NCBI GenBank assembly: GCA_039028435.1
Contig: JBCCIC010000007.1
Location: forward strand, 169,155-233,154
From: Actinomycetota bacterium
GTDB taxonomy: Bacteria; Actinomycetota; Acidimicrobiia; Acidimicrobiales; UBA10347
Length of the DNA: 64,000 nucleotides
Direction of reading: 5' to 3'
Shown piece by piece: positions 19,015 to 27,676 of the stretch (positions are counted from its first letter, which is position 1; each line of letters starts with the position of its first letter). The position numbers and the translations under genes are program-made. The notes below the pieces were generated by a model. The model was not told where the DNA came from. It ran no database searches and saw only the letters and a program-made list of their open reading frames with translations.

Positions 19015-20163
19015 CTACCGAAGTGGAGCGCGCGGGATCGCCTTGTCCGGGTCGATGAACGGCAGCGAGGTGACCTCGAGCTCCCGGGCGCCTTCTGGCG
19101 TGTCGACGGTCAACGGAGACTCGCCGGAATCGTGGGGCACGTCGAGGAGGGCGAAGCCGATATTGCGTTCGAGGCGGGGGGAGAAGACCGCCGAGGTGAT
19201 CTCGCCGACCTTGCGGTCCTCGGCCGTCACCCGCCATCGGTTCTCGTTGTTCTTGGCAAAGGCACCGCCACTCATGAACACGCCAACCCGTCGACGGGCG
19301 ACGCCGGCGTCGCGGATCGCCTCGAGGGCGGCCTTGCCGATGAACTGGGGTTTGTCCCAGTCGATGAGCCGGTCCATCCCGACCTCGAGCGGGTTCTCGG
19401 CAGCCGTCATGTCACTGCCGAAGTCGAGGACCCCGCCCTCGATACGCCGAATCCGATTGGGAGAGCCGGGGGAGAGCCCGAAGGGGACGCCGGCCTCCAT
19501 GAGGGTCTCCCAGAGCTCATCGCCGCGTTCGTGTCCGAGCAGGTAGACCTCGAAGCCGAGCTCTGAGCTATAGCCGGTGCGTGAGATCACGACGTCGATC
19601 CCGTCGACCGCGCCGTACATCCATCGGTAGTACCGCAGGTCGAGCACCTCGTCGCCGAACACCGCCGACACCACATCGGCCGATCGAGGTCCCTGGATCT
19701 GCAGGGGATACACGTGCGGCGTGGCGATGGTGACGTCGTGGCCGCTGAACGACGACACCCCTTTGGCCCAGAGGTACATGTCGCCGTCGGCGGTCGAGAG
19801 CCAGAAGCGATCGGTGTCCATGCGAAGCATGACCGGGTCGTTGAGGATGCCGCCGTCCTGGTTCGTCATCACGATGTAGCGACACTGACCGACCTCCACC
19901 TTGGAGATGTCGCGCGTGGTCAGCAGGTTCATGAACGCCTCGGCGTCAGGTCCCGCGATCTCCACGCACCGCTGCACGCCGACGTCCCACATGCTGGCGC
20001 GCTCGATGACGTTCCAGTACTCGTTGACCGGCGTGTCGTAGCCCACGGGCATCCACATGTTGTTGTAGGGGTGAAACTCGGTCGCCCCGTACTTGAGGGT
20101 GGAGGCGAAGAAGGGCGACTTGCGGATCCGCGGATTCAGACCGTGTGCTTTCATCGGGCGCAA
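19015..20163 (-). CDS. Aminomethyltransferase (GcvT) family protein, DmdA-like subgroup
   Basis: WDVGVQRCVEIAGPDAEAFMNLLTTRD...GQCRY...GGILNDPV...LQIQGPRS...SRTGYSSELGFEVY is the GcvT fold pattern. Confidence 0.75.
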   Translation of the reverse strand: MRPMKAHGLNPRIRKSPFFASTLKYGATEFHPYNNMWMPVGYDTPVNEYWNVIERASMWDVGVQRCVEIAGPDAEAFMNLLTTRDISKVEVGQCRYIVMTNQDGGILNDPVMLRMDTDRFWLSTADGDMYLWAKGVSSFSGHDVTIATPHVYPLQIQGPRSADVVSAVFGDEVLDLRYYRWMYGAVDGIDVVISRTGYSSELGFEVYLLGHERGDELWETLMEAGVPFGLSPGSPNRIRRIEGGVLDFGSDMTAAENPLEVGMDRLIDWDKPQFIGKAALEAIRDAGVARRRVGVFMSGGAFAKNNENRWRVTAEDRKVGEITSAVFSPRLERNIGFALLDVPHDSGESPLTVDTPEGARELEVTSLPFIDPDKAIPRAPLR

Positions 20164-20272
20164 GTCTGGCTCGGTTGGCTTGGCTTTGCGCGGTCTGTCG
20201 AGCTCGGCTCGGGCCGTCGATGGTCGCCCGGGGTGCCAGTCTCGGCTCGCAGACGACGCCTACGCTCGTGTC

Positions 20273-20605
20273 GTGCTTCGACAGGCTGATCCCACCGACC
20301 TCGAGACCTTGCCGAGTGAGATTCGCGAGCGATTCCCCGAGGTCGTCGAAGACCTCCGCAACGGCGCGATCGACGAGATTCCCGATGCGGTCCTGGACCA
20401 GCTGCCCGATGGCGTGGTCGATCGGATCCCGGAGACTTTGTTGGCCAGCGATGTGAACATCACGCTCGTGGTCGTTCTCGCGGCCGTGGCGCTGTTGTCT
20501 CTGGCCGGGTTTTTCTATGGGGTGACCAAGGCGGCGATGAAGGCCGCACTGTTCTTTCTCGTCGTCGGCGGCATCGCCGCAATCATCCTGTACGTGCAGT
20601 TCTGA
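20273..20605 (+). CDS. Small hypothetical protein with acidic N-terminal region and two C-terminal TM helices
   Basis: An in-frame GTG at 20273 lies downstream of the divergent gene start. The N-terminus has repeated IPDAVLDQLPDGVVDRIPETLL-like segments, followed by LVVVLAAVALLSLAGFF and LFFLVVGGIAAIILYV. Confidence 0.5.
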   Translation: MLRQADPTDLETLPSEIRERFPEVVEDLRNGAIDEIPDAVLDQLPDGVVDRIPETLLASDVNITLVVVLAAVALLSLAGFFYGVTKAAMKAALFFLVVGGIAAIILYVQF

Positions 20606-20773
20606 CCCACTCCGAATCGGGGCGGTAAACGTCGTCGAAACCCCACTATTCCAACGATCATCGGATTGTTCTGTGGCCTACGTCACGTAGACAACACGGA
20701 TGTAATTCGTTACCGTTTTGCCTACGTCCAAGGCGCTGTGGCTCGAATTCCCCCTCGGAGCCCGGCTGCCGGA

Positions 20774-20815
20774 AACGCCCCGCCATCCCCCCTCGGCGGG
20801 GCGTTCGGACGTTTT
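20774..20815 (+). terminator. Strong hairpin (11-bp perfect stem) followed by a short T-run, either a terminator or a leader attenuator
   Basis: AACGCCCCGCC (20774-20784) pairs with GGCGGGGCGTT (20795-20805) across a 10-nt loop. It is followed by CGGACGTTTT. The hairpin lies in the ~280-nt non-coding gap before the PBP gene. Confidence 0.35.
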
Positions 20816-20884
20816 GGGCCGACTTCGCACCCGGCGACCGTTGGAGGAGCGTTCCCCAACCGGGGTGCCGATTTCGGTGGCCGA

Positions 20885-23404
20885 GTGGGCGCTACCGTTG
20901 ATCGAGTGTTGACCTTCTTCTCGAGGGTGATTCGACTGTTCCTCGTCGTGACGATGATGGGGGTCACCGTGGTCGCCGCCGGCGCAGCTCTGGCGCCGAA
21001 CATCGCCGATCTGAAGAACGCCGTCGATGGCGAAGCCGCCTTCGAAGTCACACTTGCCGCCCTCGACACGCGCAGTGAGCTCTACGACAAGGACGGCAAC
21101 CTGATCCATCGGTTCAGCACCGACGGGTCGAACCGTGAACTCCTAACCCTGGCCGACATGCCGGAGCAGCTGATCACCTCGGTGGTCACGGTCGAGGACG
21201 AGGAGTTCTGGGAGCATCCGGGAGTGAACCTGCGGGCCACGTTCCGCGCCTTGGTCGAGAACGTCGGCGCCGGCGGCATCTCCCAAGGTGGCTCGACCAT
21301 CTCGCAGCAGCTCGTCAAGCAGCAGGTGCTCGAGGACGACGACCCGTCGATTCCGCGCAAGATCCGCGAGGCGGTCATCTCGTGGCGCATGGAGGAACTC
21401 CTCACCAAGGAGGAGATTCTCGAGGCCTATCTGAACAGCGTGTACTTCGGTGAGGGCGCCTACGGCGTGCAGGCCGCGGCCGAGGTCTACTTCGGCAAGG
21501 ACGCCCAGGATCTCGACTGGCCGGAAACGGCGATGTTGGCCTCGCTCATCTCGAGTCCGGCCACCTACAACCCGTTTCTCAACCCCGGTGAGGCCCTCCG
21601 CCAGCGATCGATCGTCTTCAACCGTCTGGTCGAGGTTGGCGCGATCGACCGCGAAGAGGCTCGCTTCTACAACCGGGTTCCATTGCCGGAGAAGAGCAAC
21701 ACCATCACCGATGTTCCGCCCGAGGACTACTACGTCGCCGAAGTGCGCCGCCGGTTCCTCGACGGTGACCTGATCGCCAACCAGGATCCATTGGTCATCG
21801 ACGCGGTCGGCGAGACCCGCCAAGAACGCATCGACGCCCTGTTCCGAGGTGGACTGCGCATCTTCACGACCTACGATCGTGCGGCCCAAGCCGAGGCCGA
21901 ACGGGCTCGCGACGAGGTCGTGCCCGAGCTGCCCGAAGGCGACGACCGAGAGTTCACGATGGCCATCGCTGCCATCGAACCCGAGTCCGGGGCGGTCCGA
22001 GCACTGGTCGGCGGACCTGAATTCCAGGATCGCAAGTTCAACCTGGCGACCCAGGGTGACCGCCAACCCGGCTCCTCGTTCAAGACCTTCGTGTTGGTCG
22101 CCGCCCTCGAAGCGGGCTACATCCCGCAGGACACGATCTCCGGTGTCGGTCCTTGCCTGTTCGACAATCCGGGCGCCGTCGACCCGATCTACGAGGTCAT
22201 CAACTTCGGCAACTCGACCGGAGGCGTCGACACCCTCACCAACCAGGTGACCCGGTCGTCGAACTGCGCGTTCGTGCGCCTCGGTCAGGTCATCGGCATT
22301 CCCGAAGTCATCGAGACTGCGATCCGCTTGGGCGTCAACCTCGACCCGGAGACCGACAACAACCTCTCGCTCCCGCTCGGCGCCACCGAAGTCCGTCCGC
22401 TCGAGGTCGCCAGCGCGTACGCCACCCTCGCCAATGGTGGTGTGCGCCATGAGCCGTTCTACATCGAGCGGATCGAGGACTCGCAGGGCAACGTCATCTA
22501 TGAACGCGCCCCGAGCGGAAATCGGGTTTTGGCCGCTGACGTCGCCTGTCAGGCGACCCAGGTGCTCGAGCAGAACGTGATCCGAGGCACCGGCACCCGC
22601 GCCCAGGTCGTCGATCAGCCGGCCGGCGGCAAGACCGGCACGACCGAGAACTTCAGCGATGCCTGGTTCGTGGGCTTCACGCCACAGCTCGCGACCGCAG
22701 TGTGGATGGGCAACCCCGAGGCCCGTGTGGAGATGGAGAACGTCGGTGGCCGCAACGTCACCGGCGGCTCGTTCCCGGCCGAGGCGTGGGGCCAGTTCAT
22801 GAACGCCTATCACCTCGACCTCGAGCGACAGGAGTTCCCGACCTGTTCGGGGACTCGAGCCGGCCGGTTCATCCGCGACGACGGTGAGCTGAGCACTCAG
22901 AACCCCTGCGCTGCCTATCCCGGCTATGCACCGACGGATACGACCGGCGACGGCAACGTGGACCAATGCATCGTGAACCCGACCCTCTATGGCTATGTGC
23001 GCTGCGGTGCCATTCAGACCGAGGACGACGAGATCCTCGAACAGTTCTGTGCCCCTGGGTCGCCTGGGGCCCGCGGTGCCGGTGCCGGCGTGCGCTGCAA
23101 TCCCGGCTTCCAGCCGGTCGACCTCGACGGTGATGGGCGAGCCGACACGTGCGCCAACCTCAATCAGGCCGGCCAACAAGGCGGCCCGGGAGGCCAACAG
23201 GGGGGCCAATCCGGTCTGTGCGATGTCGGCTACGAGCCGCGGGACACGAACGGTGACGGGCGGATCGACGTCTGCCTGTACACCGGCCAGAACACGCAGC
23301 CACCGCCGCCGTCGGACCCGAACAATCCGTGTCCGGCCGAGTTCCCGTACGGCCGTGACACGACCGGCGACGGGCGAGTCGACACCTGCTTCTCCCAACC
23401 CTGA
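20885..23404 (+). CDS. Class A penicillin-binding protein (PBP1A; GT51 transglycosylase + transpeptidase) with a Cys/Asp-rich C-terminal extension
   Basis: GT51 motifs are VEDEEFWEHPG and GGSTISQQL. Transpeptidase motifs are SSFKTF, SSN and KTGTT. The start was placed at GTG 20885 (alternative 20906) because the upstream part of the track ORF has poor GC3 and contains the hairpin. Confidence 0.85.
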   Translation: MGATVDRVLTFFSRVIRLFLVVTMMGVTVVAAGAALAPNIADLKNAVDGEAAFEVTLAALDTRSELYDKDGNLIHRFSTDGSNRELLTLADMPEQLITSVVTVEDEEFWEHPGVNLRATFRALVENVGAGGISQGGSTISQQLVKQQVLEDDDPSIPRKIREAVISWRMEELLTKEEILEAYLNSVYFGEGAYGVQAAAEVYFGKDAQDLDWPETAMLASLISSPATYNPFLNPGEALRQRSIVFNRLVEVGAIDREEARFYNRVPLPEKSNTITDVPPEDYYVAEVRRRFLDGDLIANQDPLVIDAVGETRQERIDALFRGGLRIFTTYDRAAQAEAERARDEVVPELPEGDDREFTMAIAAIEPESGAVRALVGGPEFQDRKFNLATQGDRQPGSSFKTFVLVAALEAGYIPQDTISGVGPCLFDNPGAVDPIYEVINFGNSTGGVDTLTNQVTRSSNCAFVRLGQVIGIPEVIETAIRLGVNLDPETDNNLSLPLGATEVRPLEVASAYATLANGGVRHEPFYIERIEDSQGNVIYERAPSGNRVLAADVACQATQVLEQNVIRGTGTRAQVVDQPAGGKTGTTENFSDAWFVGFTPQLATAVWMGNPEARVEMENVGGRNVTGGSFPAEAWGQFMNAYHLDLERQEFPTCSGTRAGRFIRDDGELSTQNPCAAYPGYAPTDTTGDGNVDQCIVNPTLYGYVRCGAIQTEDDEILEQFCAPGSPGARGAGAGVRCNPGFQPVDLDGDGRADTCANLNQAGQQGGPGGQQGGQSGLCDVGYEPRDTNGDGRIDVCLYTGQNTQPPPPSDPNNPCPAEFPYGRDTTGDGRVDTCFSQP

Positions 23405-23471
23405 GCCCGCTCGTTCGAGCAGGTCCGCCGATGATGACGCACCGCGGCCATCGGCGCGCCACACTTGGGCC

Positions 23472-24185
23472 ATGACCCTTGCCCAGCTTCTGGTGTTGCA
23501 GGCGCACGACTCAGCGATGGACCGTCTGCGCCATCAACGGGCGCAGCTCCCCGAGCTCCAGGCGATCGCCGATTGCGACGACGAGGCCGCCCATCTCCAT
23601 GAGCATCGTGCGGTCCTGGAGGAACAGCGCCACGCCTTGAGTCGCGAGCAGAAGCGTCATGAGGACGAGGTCGCGATCATCGAGGATCGGCGGGCCAGCG
23701 AGAACGACCGCCTGTACTCGGGCACGGTGACGGCCCACAAGGATCTCCAGGCGATTCAGGCCGAGCTCGACGTATTGGCACAACGCCAAGAGGCGATCGA
23801 GGACCAGGTCCTCGAATTGATGGAGCAGGCCGAGCCGCTCGATGAAGGTCTCGCCTCGTTCGACACTCGCCTCGCCCAGGTGGCCGAGCGACGACTGGGA
23901 ATCGAGACCCAGTTGGCGGAGAGCGAGGCGGCAATCGATGCGGAGATCTCCTCCGAACAGGATGATCGCGAGCGGGCGGCCAGCGAGGTCGATGCCGGGC
24001 TGCTCGGGGCCTACGAGCGCACCCGGGCGGATCTCGGTGGCATCGCCGTCGGGCGACTGAACGGGAAGACGTGCGAGGGTTGCCACCTCCAGCTCTCCGC
24101 CGTCGATTTCGACCGCATCCGCAAGGAACCGGCCGACGCCGTGATCCCCTGCCCGGAGTGTGAGCGGATCCTCGTTCGAGACTGA
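23472..24185 (+). CDS. C4 zinc-ribbon / coiled-coil protein (DUF164 family)
   Basis: A coiled-coil body is followed by C-terminal CEGCHLQL...CPECERIL. The ATG at 23472 lies within a longer spurious track ORF. Confidence 0.7.
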   Translation: MTLAQLLVLQAHDSAMDRLRHQRAQLPELQAIADCDDEAAHLHEHRAVLEEQRHALSREQKRHEDEVAIIEDRRASENDRLYSGTVTAHKDLQAIQAELDVLAQRQEAIEDQVLELMEQAEPLDEGLASFDTRLAQVAERRLGIETQLAESEAAIDAEISSEQDDRERAASEVDAGLLGAYERTRADLGGIAVGRLNGKTCEGCHLQLSAVDFDRIRKEPADAVIPCPECERILVRD

Positions 24186-24196
24186 TCGACGACCCC

Positions 24197-24679
24197 ATGT
24201 TCTTCTGGTTCCTCGGGCTGTCGTTCGCGCTGGTCCTCATGGTGTTCGATTCGCCCCTTCTCGACTATCGGCTCGTGATGGCCGGCTCCGTGTTGCCATG
24301 GCTCGACGTCATCTGGGGAGCGCCGTGGGTCATGCACAGCGTGCTCTTTCCCGTGCTGGTCATGTGCCTCGTCATGGTGCTCTTCCGCGGCCGTCGGCTG
24401 CGTCAGCGCCGCTGGCTCGGGCTGGCGATCGGCCTGTTCATGCACCTGGTGCTCGCTGCCACCTTCACCACCGGCGACATCTTCTGGTGGCCGGCACTCG
24501 GCGTCGACGTCGGGGGTGCTGAGCCGCCGCGCCCTGGTCTGGTGCTTGGGATGGTGCTCGAGGTGGTGGGGCTCGCGGTGTTGGCGTGGCTGTTCCGGCG
24601 CCTGGGTCTCGACGACCCGAAGCGCCGATCACTGTTCACCCGGAGCGGTCACATCGATCGCTCGGTCCTTCAGGCCTGA
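24197..24679 (+). CDS. Hypothetical membrane protein
   Basis: There are four or five hydrophobic helices and coding-like GC3. No motif was recognised. Confidence 0.55.
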   Translation: MFFWFLGLSFALVLMVFDSPLLDYRLVMAGSVLPWLDVIWGAPWVMHSVLFPVLVMCLVMVLFRGRRLRQRRWLGLAIGLFMHLVLAATFTTGDIFWWPALGVDVGGAEPPRPGLVLGMVLEVVGLAVLAWLFRRLGLDDPKRRSLFTRSGHIDRSVLQA

Positions 24680-24689
24680 GGAGGCCAAG

Positions 24690-25277
24690 ATGCTGATTCT
24701 GTTACGTCATGGGCGCACCGAAGCCAACGCTCGCGGCCTCCTCCAGGGGCGTATCGACCCCGCACTCGACGATCTGGGCCGGGCACAGGCCGAGGCCGCG
24801 GCCACCTGGCTTGGATCGGTGGATCGGGTGATTTCGAGCCCGCTCCAACGGGCGCAACAGACCGCCGCGGCGTTGGGCGTCGACGTCGAGATCGACGAGC
24901 GCTTCATCGAGCTGGACTATGGCGACTGGGAGGGCACCCCGGTTCGCTCGGTGCCGGCGGAGACGTGGGCGCAGTGGCGGGCCGACCTCGACTTTCGACC
25001 GCCCGGGGGAGAGACGCTGAACGAACTCGGCGCGCGGGTGCGTGAGGCCCTCGAGGAGTTGGTCGGCGCGGCAGAGCGGTCGGACATCGTGGTCGTCAGC
25101 CACGTGTCGCCGATGAAGGCCGGTGTCGCATGGGCCCTCGGCGTCGACGACTCGGCCACATGGCGCACCGTGCTCGCGCAGGCGGCGATCTGTCGAATCG
25201 CGGTGATGGCCGGTGTGCCTCGTCTGGTTGAGTTCAACACGACCGCGCATCTGCGCGGATTGGACGAGCCCGGCTAA
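24690..25277 (+). CDS. Histidine phosphatase (PGAM/CobC-like) family protein
   Basis: The LLRHGRTEAN (RHG) motif is present along with SSPLQRAQQTA. The ATG at 24690 is preceded by GAGGAGG. Confidence 0.8.
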   Translation: MLILLRHGRTEANARGLLQGRIDPALDDLGRAQAEAAATWLGSVDRVISSPLQRAQQTAAALGVDVEIDERFIELDYGDWEGTPVRSVPAETWAQWRADLDFRPPGGETLNELGARVREALEELVGAAERSDIVVVSHVSPMKAGVAWALGVDDSATWRTVLAQAAICRIAVMAGVPRLVEFNTTAHLRGLDEPG

Positions 25278-27658
25278 CTCGTCGCAGAGCGAGCTTCGGA
25301 CAACTCGCGCTCGAGGCGTGAGATCCGGGCGGTGAGGTCGGCCTCGCGGCGTGCAGCGTCGCGGGCGCGTTCCTCGGCCGACGTCGTCGCTTCGCGCACG
25401 CGTTCCTCCGCGTGCCGGCGCTGCTGGGCGACCAGGGCCTCCAGCTCGGCCAGCTGTGCGCTTCGATCCTCGATCGCCCGGTCGACCGCCTGGTGTGCCT
25501 CGGCAGTCCGGCGCACGACATCTTCGCGAAGTGCGGCGTTGCGGTCCTTTTCGTTGGCCAGCGACTTCTTCACCATGGCCAGCTCGTCTTGGAGCGACTG
25601 CTCGGTCTCGCGGCTCTTGCGGAGCAGGTCGGTCTGTTGACTGCGGTGGCGCGCCAGCTCGGATCGGTACTGCCGTTCGGCCTGTTCGAGGTGCTCAACC
25701 TGTGCGGCCAGCCGTTTCTCCGATGAGCGGAGGTCCCGGATCGTGGCTTTGGTGTCGTGATTGCGTCGCTCGGCCTCGTCGTCGCCCTGCTGGCGTGCGG
25801 CCTCGAGCTCGTCGATGTGGCGCTCACTGAGCCGAGCAAGATCTTCCTTGGACCGTGCACGCTCGCGCCGGAGTGCATCGTCGTACTCGCGGTGCTGTCG
25901 GTCGAGGGCGGCCTGGTGCTCGGCTCGAATACCGGCCAATTCTTCGTCGAGGGCCTGGCGGCTCTCGGCCAAAATGCGGCGGTTGTCATCGGCCGCTGCT
26001 TGGGAGCGGTCTTCGAAGTCGCGCCGGGCGTTGTCGAGTGACCGGTCGGCGGCATCGCGCTCATTGGTCAGCTCGGTGAGGTGGGCGATACGTTCGGCTT
26101 CGAGCTGGCCCCGCAGCGTGGCGATCTCTGCTTCGAGGGCGGTCGCTTGGGCTTCGAGATCGCCAACGCGATGCTGGTCGTCGCCGCTCAGGCGCTTGAG
26201 GCGGGCCGTGGCAATACGGCCCTGCTTGCGGGCGTCGGCAAGTTGTCGCTTGAGCTCGGAGGCCTCGCGTTCGTAGGTCGCGGCGGCCTGGGACAGCTCG
26301 GCGGCGTGGTCGAATTCGACCTGTTGGATGTGGCGTTCGTGCTGGCTGGCGAGTTGGTCGATCCGATCCTGTTCAAGGTCGGATGGTTCGCCCCATCCGG
26401 TGGCTTCGGACGGTGCCGCGGAGCCTGCTGGCGAGAGTTCTGGTGCCGGGGCCGGGATGAAGGTAACCGCGGCCTGTGACCAGGTACCGCCCGTGGTCGG
26501 AGCTTCGGCGTCCGGAGATCCGAAGTCGTCCCCGGTGGCATCGCGGGGATCGCCATGCTCGCGGAGGTCGTCGTCGAGGCCATCCTCCTCGATGTCATCT
26601 TCCTCGAGGCCATCCTCCTCGAGGCCATCTTCCTGGATGTCATCTTCCTGGAGTTCGACGTCGGCAAGGTCGCCCTGGACTTCGTGGGCGTGACCCTCGC
26701 GCCAGGCCGATTCGGTGACCGGCGGGCTCGCGACGAGCGAACCGGACAAGGTCGAGAACGCACTTGGCGTGTAACCCGCCGGAGGCGTCGGTTCGGGAGC
26801 TTCACCCCCTCCCCATTCCAAGGTGAGTTCGGACTCGTCGAATCCAATGTCGGCCATCTCGTGATCCAGCTCCTCGATGTCGAAAGGGTCCAGCTCGTGC
26901 AGCTCGGCCTGGTGGGAATCGCTGTCGATAGCGGTCGGCGTGGGATCTCGCGTCGAGCCGGGCCCCTCGTCCTCAGCGCCCAGTAACTCACGAATCGGCA
27001 TGCGGGCGACCGCGGCATCGAACCCACCACCGAGCTCGTCCGGCTCGGCAAGCTCCAGCTGAGGCCCGTCGACGAGGACGTGCAGGTCAGCCGACGGCTC
27101 TCGGGGCGGTCGAATCGGCGTCGGCCGCTCGAACTCGGTCTCCCGCCGCTCGGGTAGGAAGTCCGCCATGCGGGTCGCCGCGAAGCCCGCGCCGCCGACC
27201 ATGGCGCCCAACAGCGAGCCGATCAGGATGTGGGCGAGCTGGTTTGGCGCCACCGGATCGGGATTGGGTACGGCTTCGGAGGCCAATGACGTCGCCAGGA
27301 TCCGCTGCCGATCGACATAGAGCGCGGCCACGGCGTTGGCCGCGTTGGAGGCCGCCTCGGGGGCGTTGGCGCGAGCCGTGATCGTCAGGACCCCGGTCAC
27401 TGCTGTGACCGAGATATCCGGCTCGAAACCCAATGCCTCGGCCGCGGGGCCGAGGATGGTCTCGGACTGGATGAGCGCGGCTTCCTCGGCGATCGTGCCG
27501 CTTGGGTTGAGGATGGTCACGATGGCTTCGGATTCGTAGACGCTGTCGCGGAGCGAGTAGACGATCAGGCCGAGAAACAGCCCGGCGACGGCGCAAATGG
27601 CCACGATCCAGCGCGTGGCGACCTCTGCGGGCGATGAGGGGTTCGCCGGGTCGCTCAT
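25274..27658 (-). CDS. Membrane-anchored coiled-coil protein with a Wzz/PCP-like N-terminal two-TM module (paralog A)
   Basis: The order is TM1 (WIVAICAVAGLFLGLIVY), YESEAIV, a ~110-aa loop, then the Pro/Gly motif PNPDPVAPNQLAHILIGSLLGAMVGGAG (TM2). An acidic repeat linker and ~400 aa of heptad-like charged sequence rich in E/R/A/L/Q follow. Confidence 0.7.
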   Translation of the reverse strand: MSDPANPSSPAEVATRWIVAICAVAGLFLGLIVYSLRDSVYESEAIVTILNPSGTIAEEAALIQSETILGPAAEALGFEPDISVTAVTGVLTITARANAPEAASNAANAVAALYVDRQRILATSLASEAVPNPDPVAPNQLAHILIGSLLGAMVGGAGFAATRMADFLPERRETEFERPTPIRPPREPSADLHVLVDGPQLELAEPDELGGGFDAAVARMPIRELLGAEDEGPGSTRDPTPTAIDSDSHQAELHELDPFDIEELDHEMADIGFDESELTLEWGGGEAPEPTPPAGYTPSAFSTLSGSLVASPPVTESAWREGHAHEVQGDLADVELQEDDIQEDGLEEDGLEEDDIEEDGLDDDLREHGDPRDATGDDFGSPDAEAPTTGGTWSQAAVTFIPAPAPELSPAGSAAPSEATGWGEPSDLEQDRIDQLASQHERHIQQVEFDHAAELSQAAATYEREASELKRQLADARKQGRIATARLKRLSGDDQHRVGDLEAQATALEAEIATLRGQLEAERIAHLTELTNERDAADRSLDNARRDFEDRSQAAADDNRRILAESRQALDEELAGIRAEHQAALDRQHREYDDALRRERARSKEDLARLSERHIDELEAARQQGDDEAERRNHDTKATIRDLRSSEKRLAAQVEHLEQAERQYRSELARHRSQQTDLLRKSRETEQSLQDELAMVKKSLANEKDRNAALREDVVRRTAEAHQAVDRAIEDRSAQLAELEALVAQQRRHAEERVREATTSAEERARDAARREADLTARISRLERELSEARSATS
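26576..26650. repeat. Five tandem 15-nt repeats (coding; acidic EDGLE/EDDIQ units)
   Basis: The units are gaggccatcctcctc, gatgtcatcttcctc, gaggccatcctcctc, gaggccatcttcctg and gatgtcatcttcctg. On the minus strand they encode QEDDIQEDGLEEDGLEEDDIEEDGL. Confidence 0.85.
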
Positions 27659-27676
27659 CGTCAGGACACTAGTGCG

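Noticed and set aside
20164-20272. I looked for a glycine riboswitch or T-box-like leader upstream of the GcvT-family gene.
   Set aside because: No conserved glycine-riboswitch core sequences or tandem aptamer structure are evident. Only a loosely repeated GGCTCGG motif is present.
21143-23473. A 776-aa minus-strand ORF lies opposite the PBP1A gene.
   Set aside because: The plus strand carries unambiguous GT51 and transpeptidase motifs. The minus-strand translation has no motifs and a shadow-ORF composition. The same reasoning discards 2620..3951, 4744..5988, 15043..16443, 36790..38148, 42123..43907, 52727..54196 and 55880..56743.
25274-25277. Convergent genes overlap at their stop codons (25274-25277). 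The same occurs at 56182-56185.
   Set aside because: This is a common consequence of tight packing (CTAA/TTAG-type shared stops). There is no evidence of functional significance.
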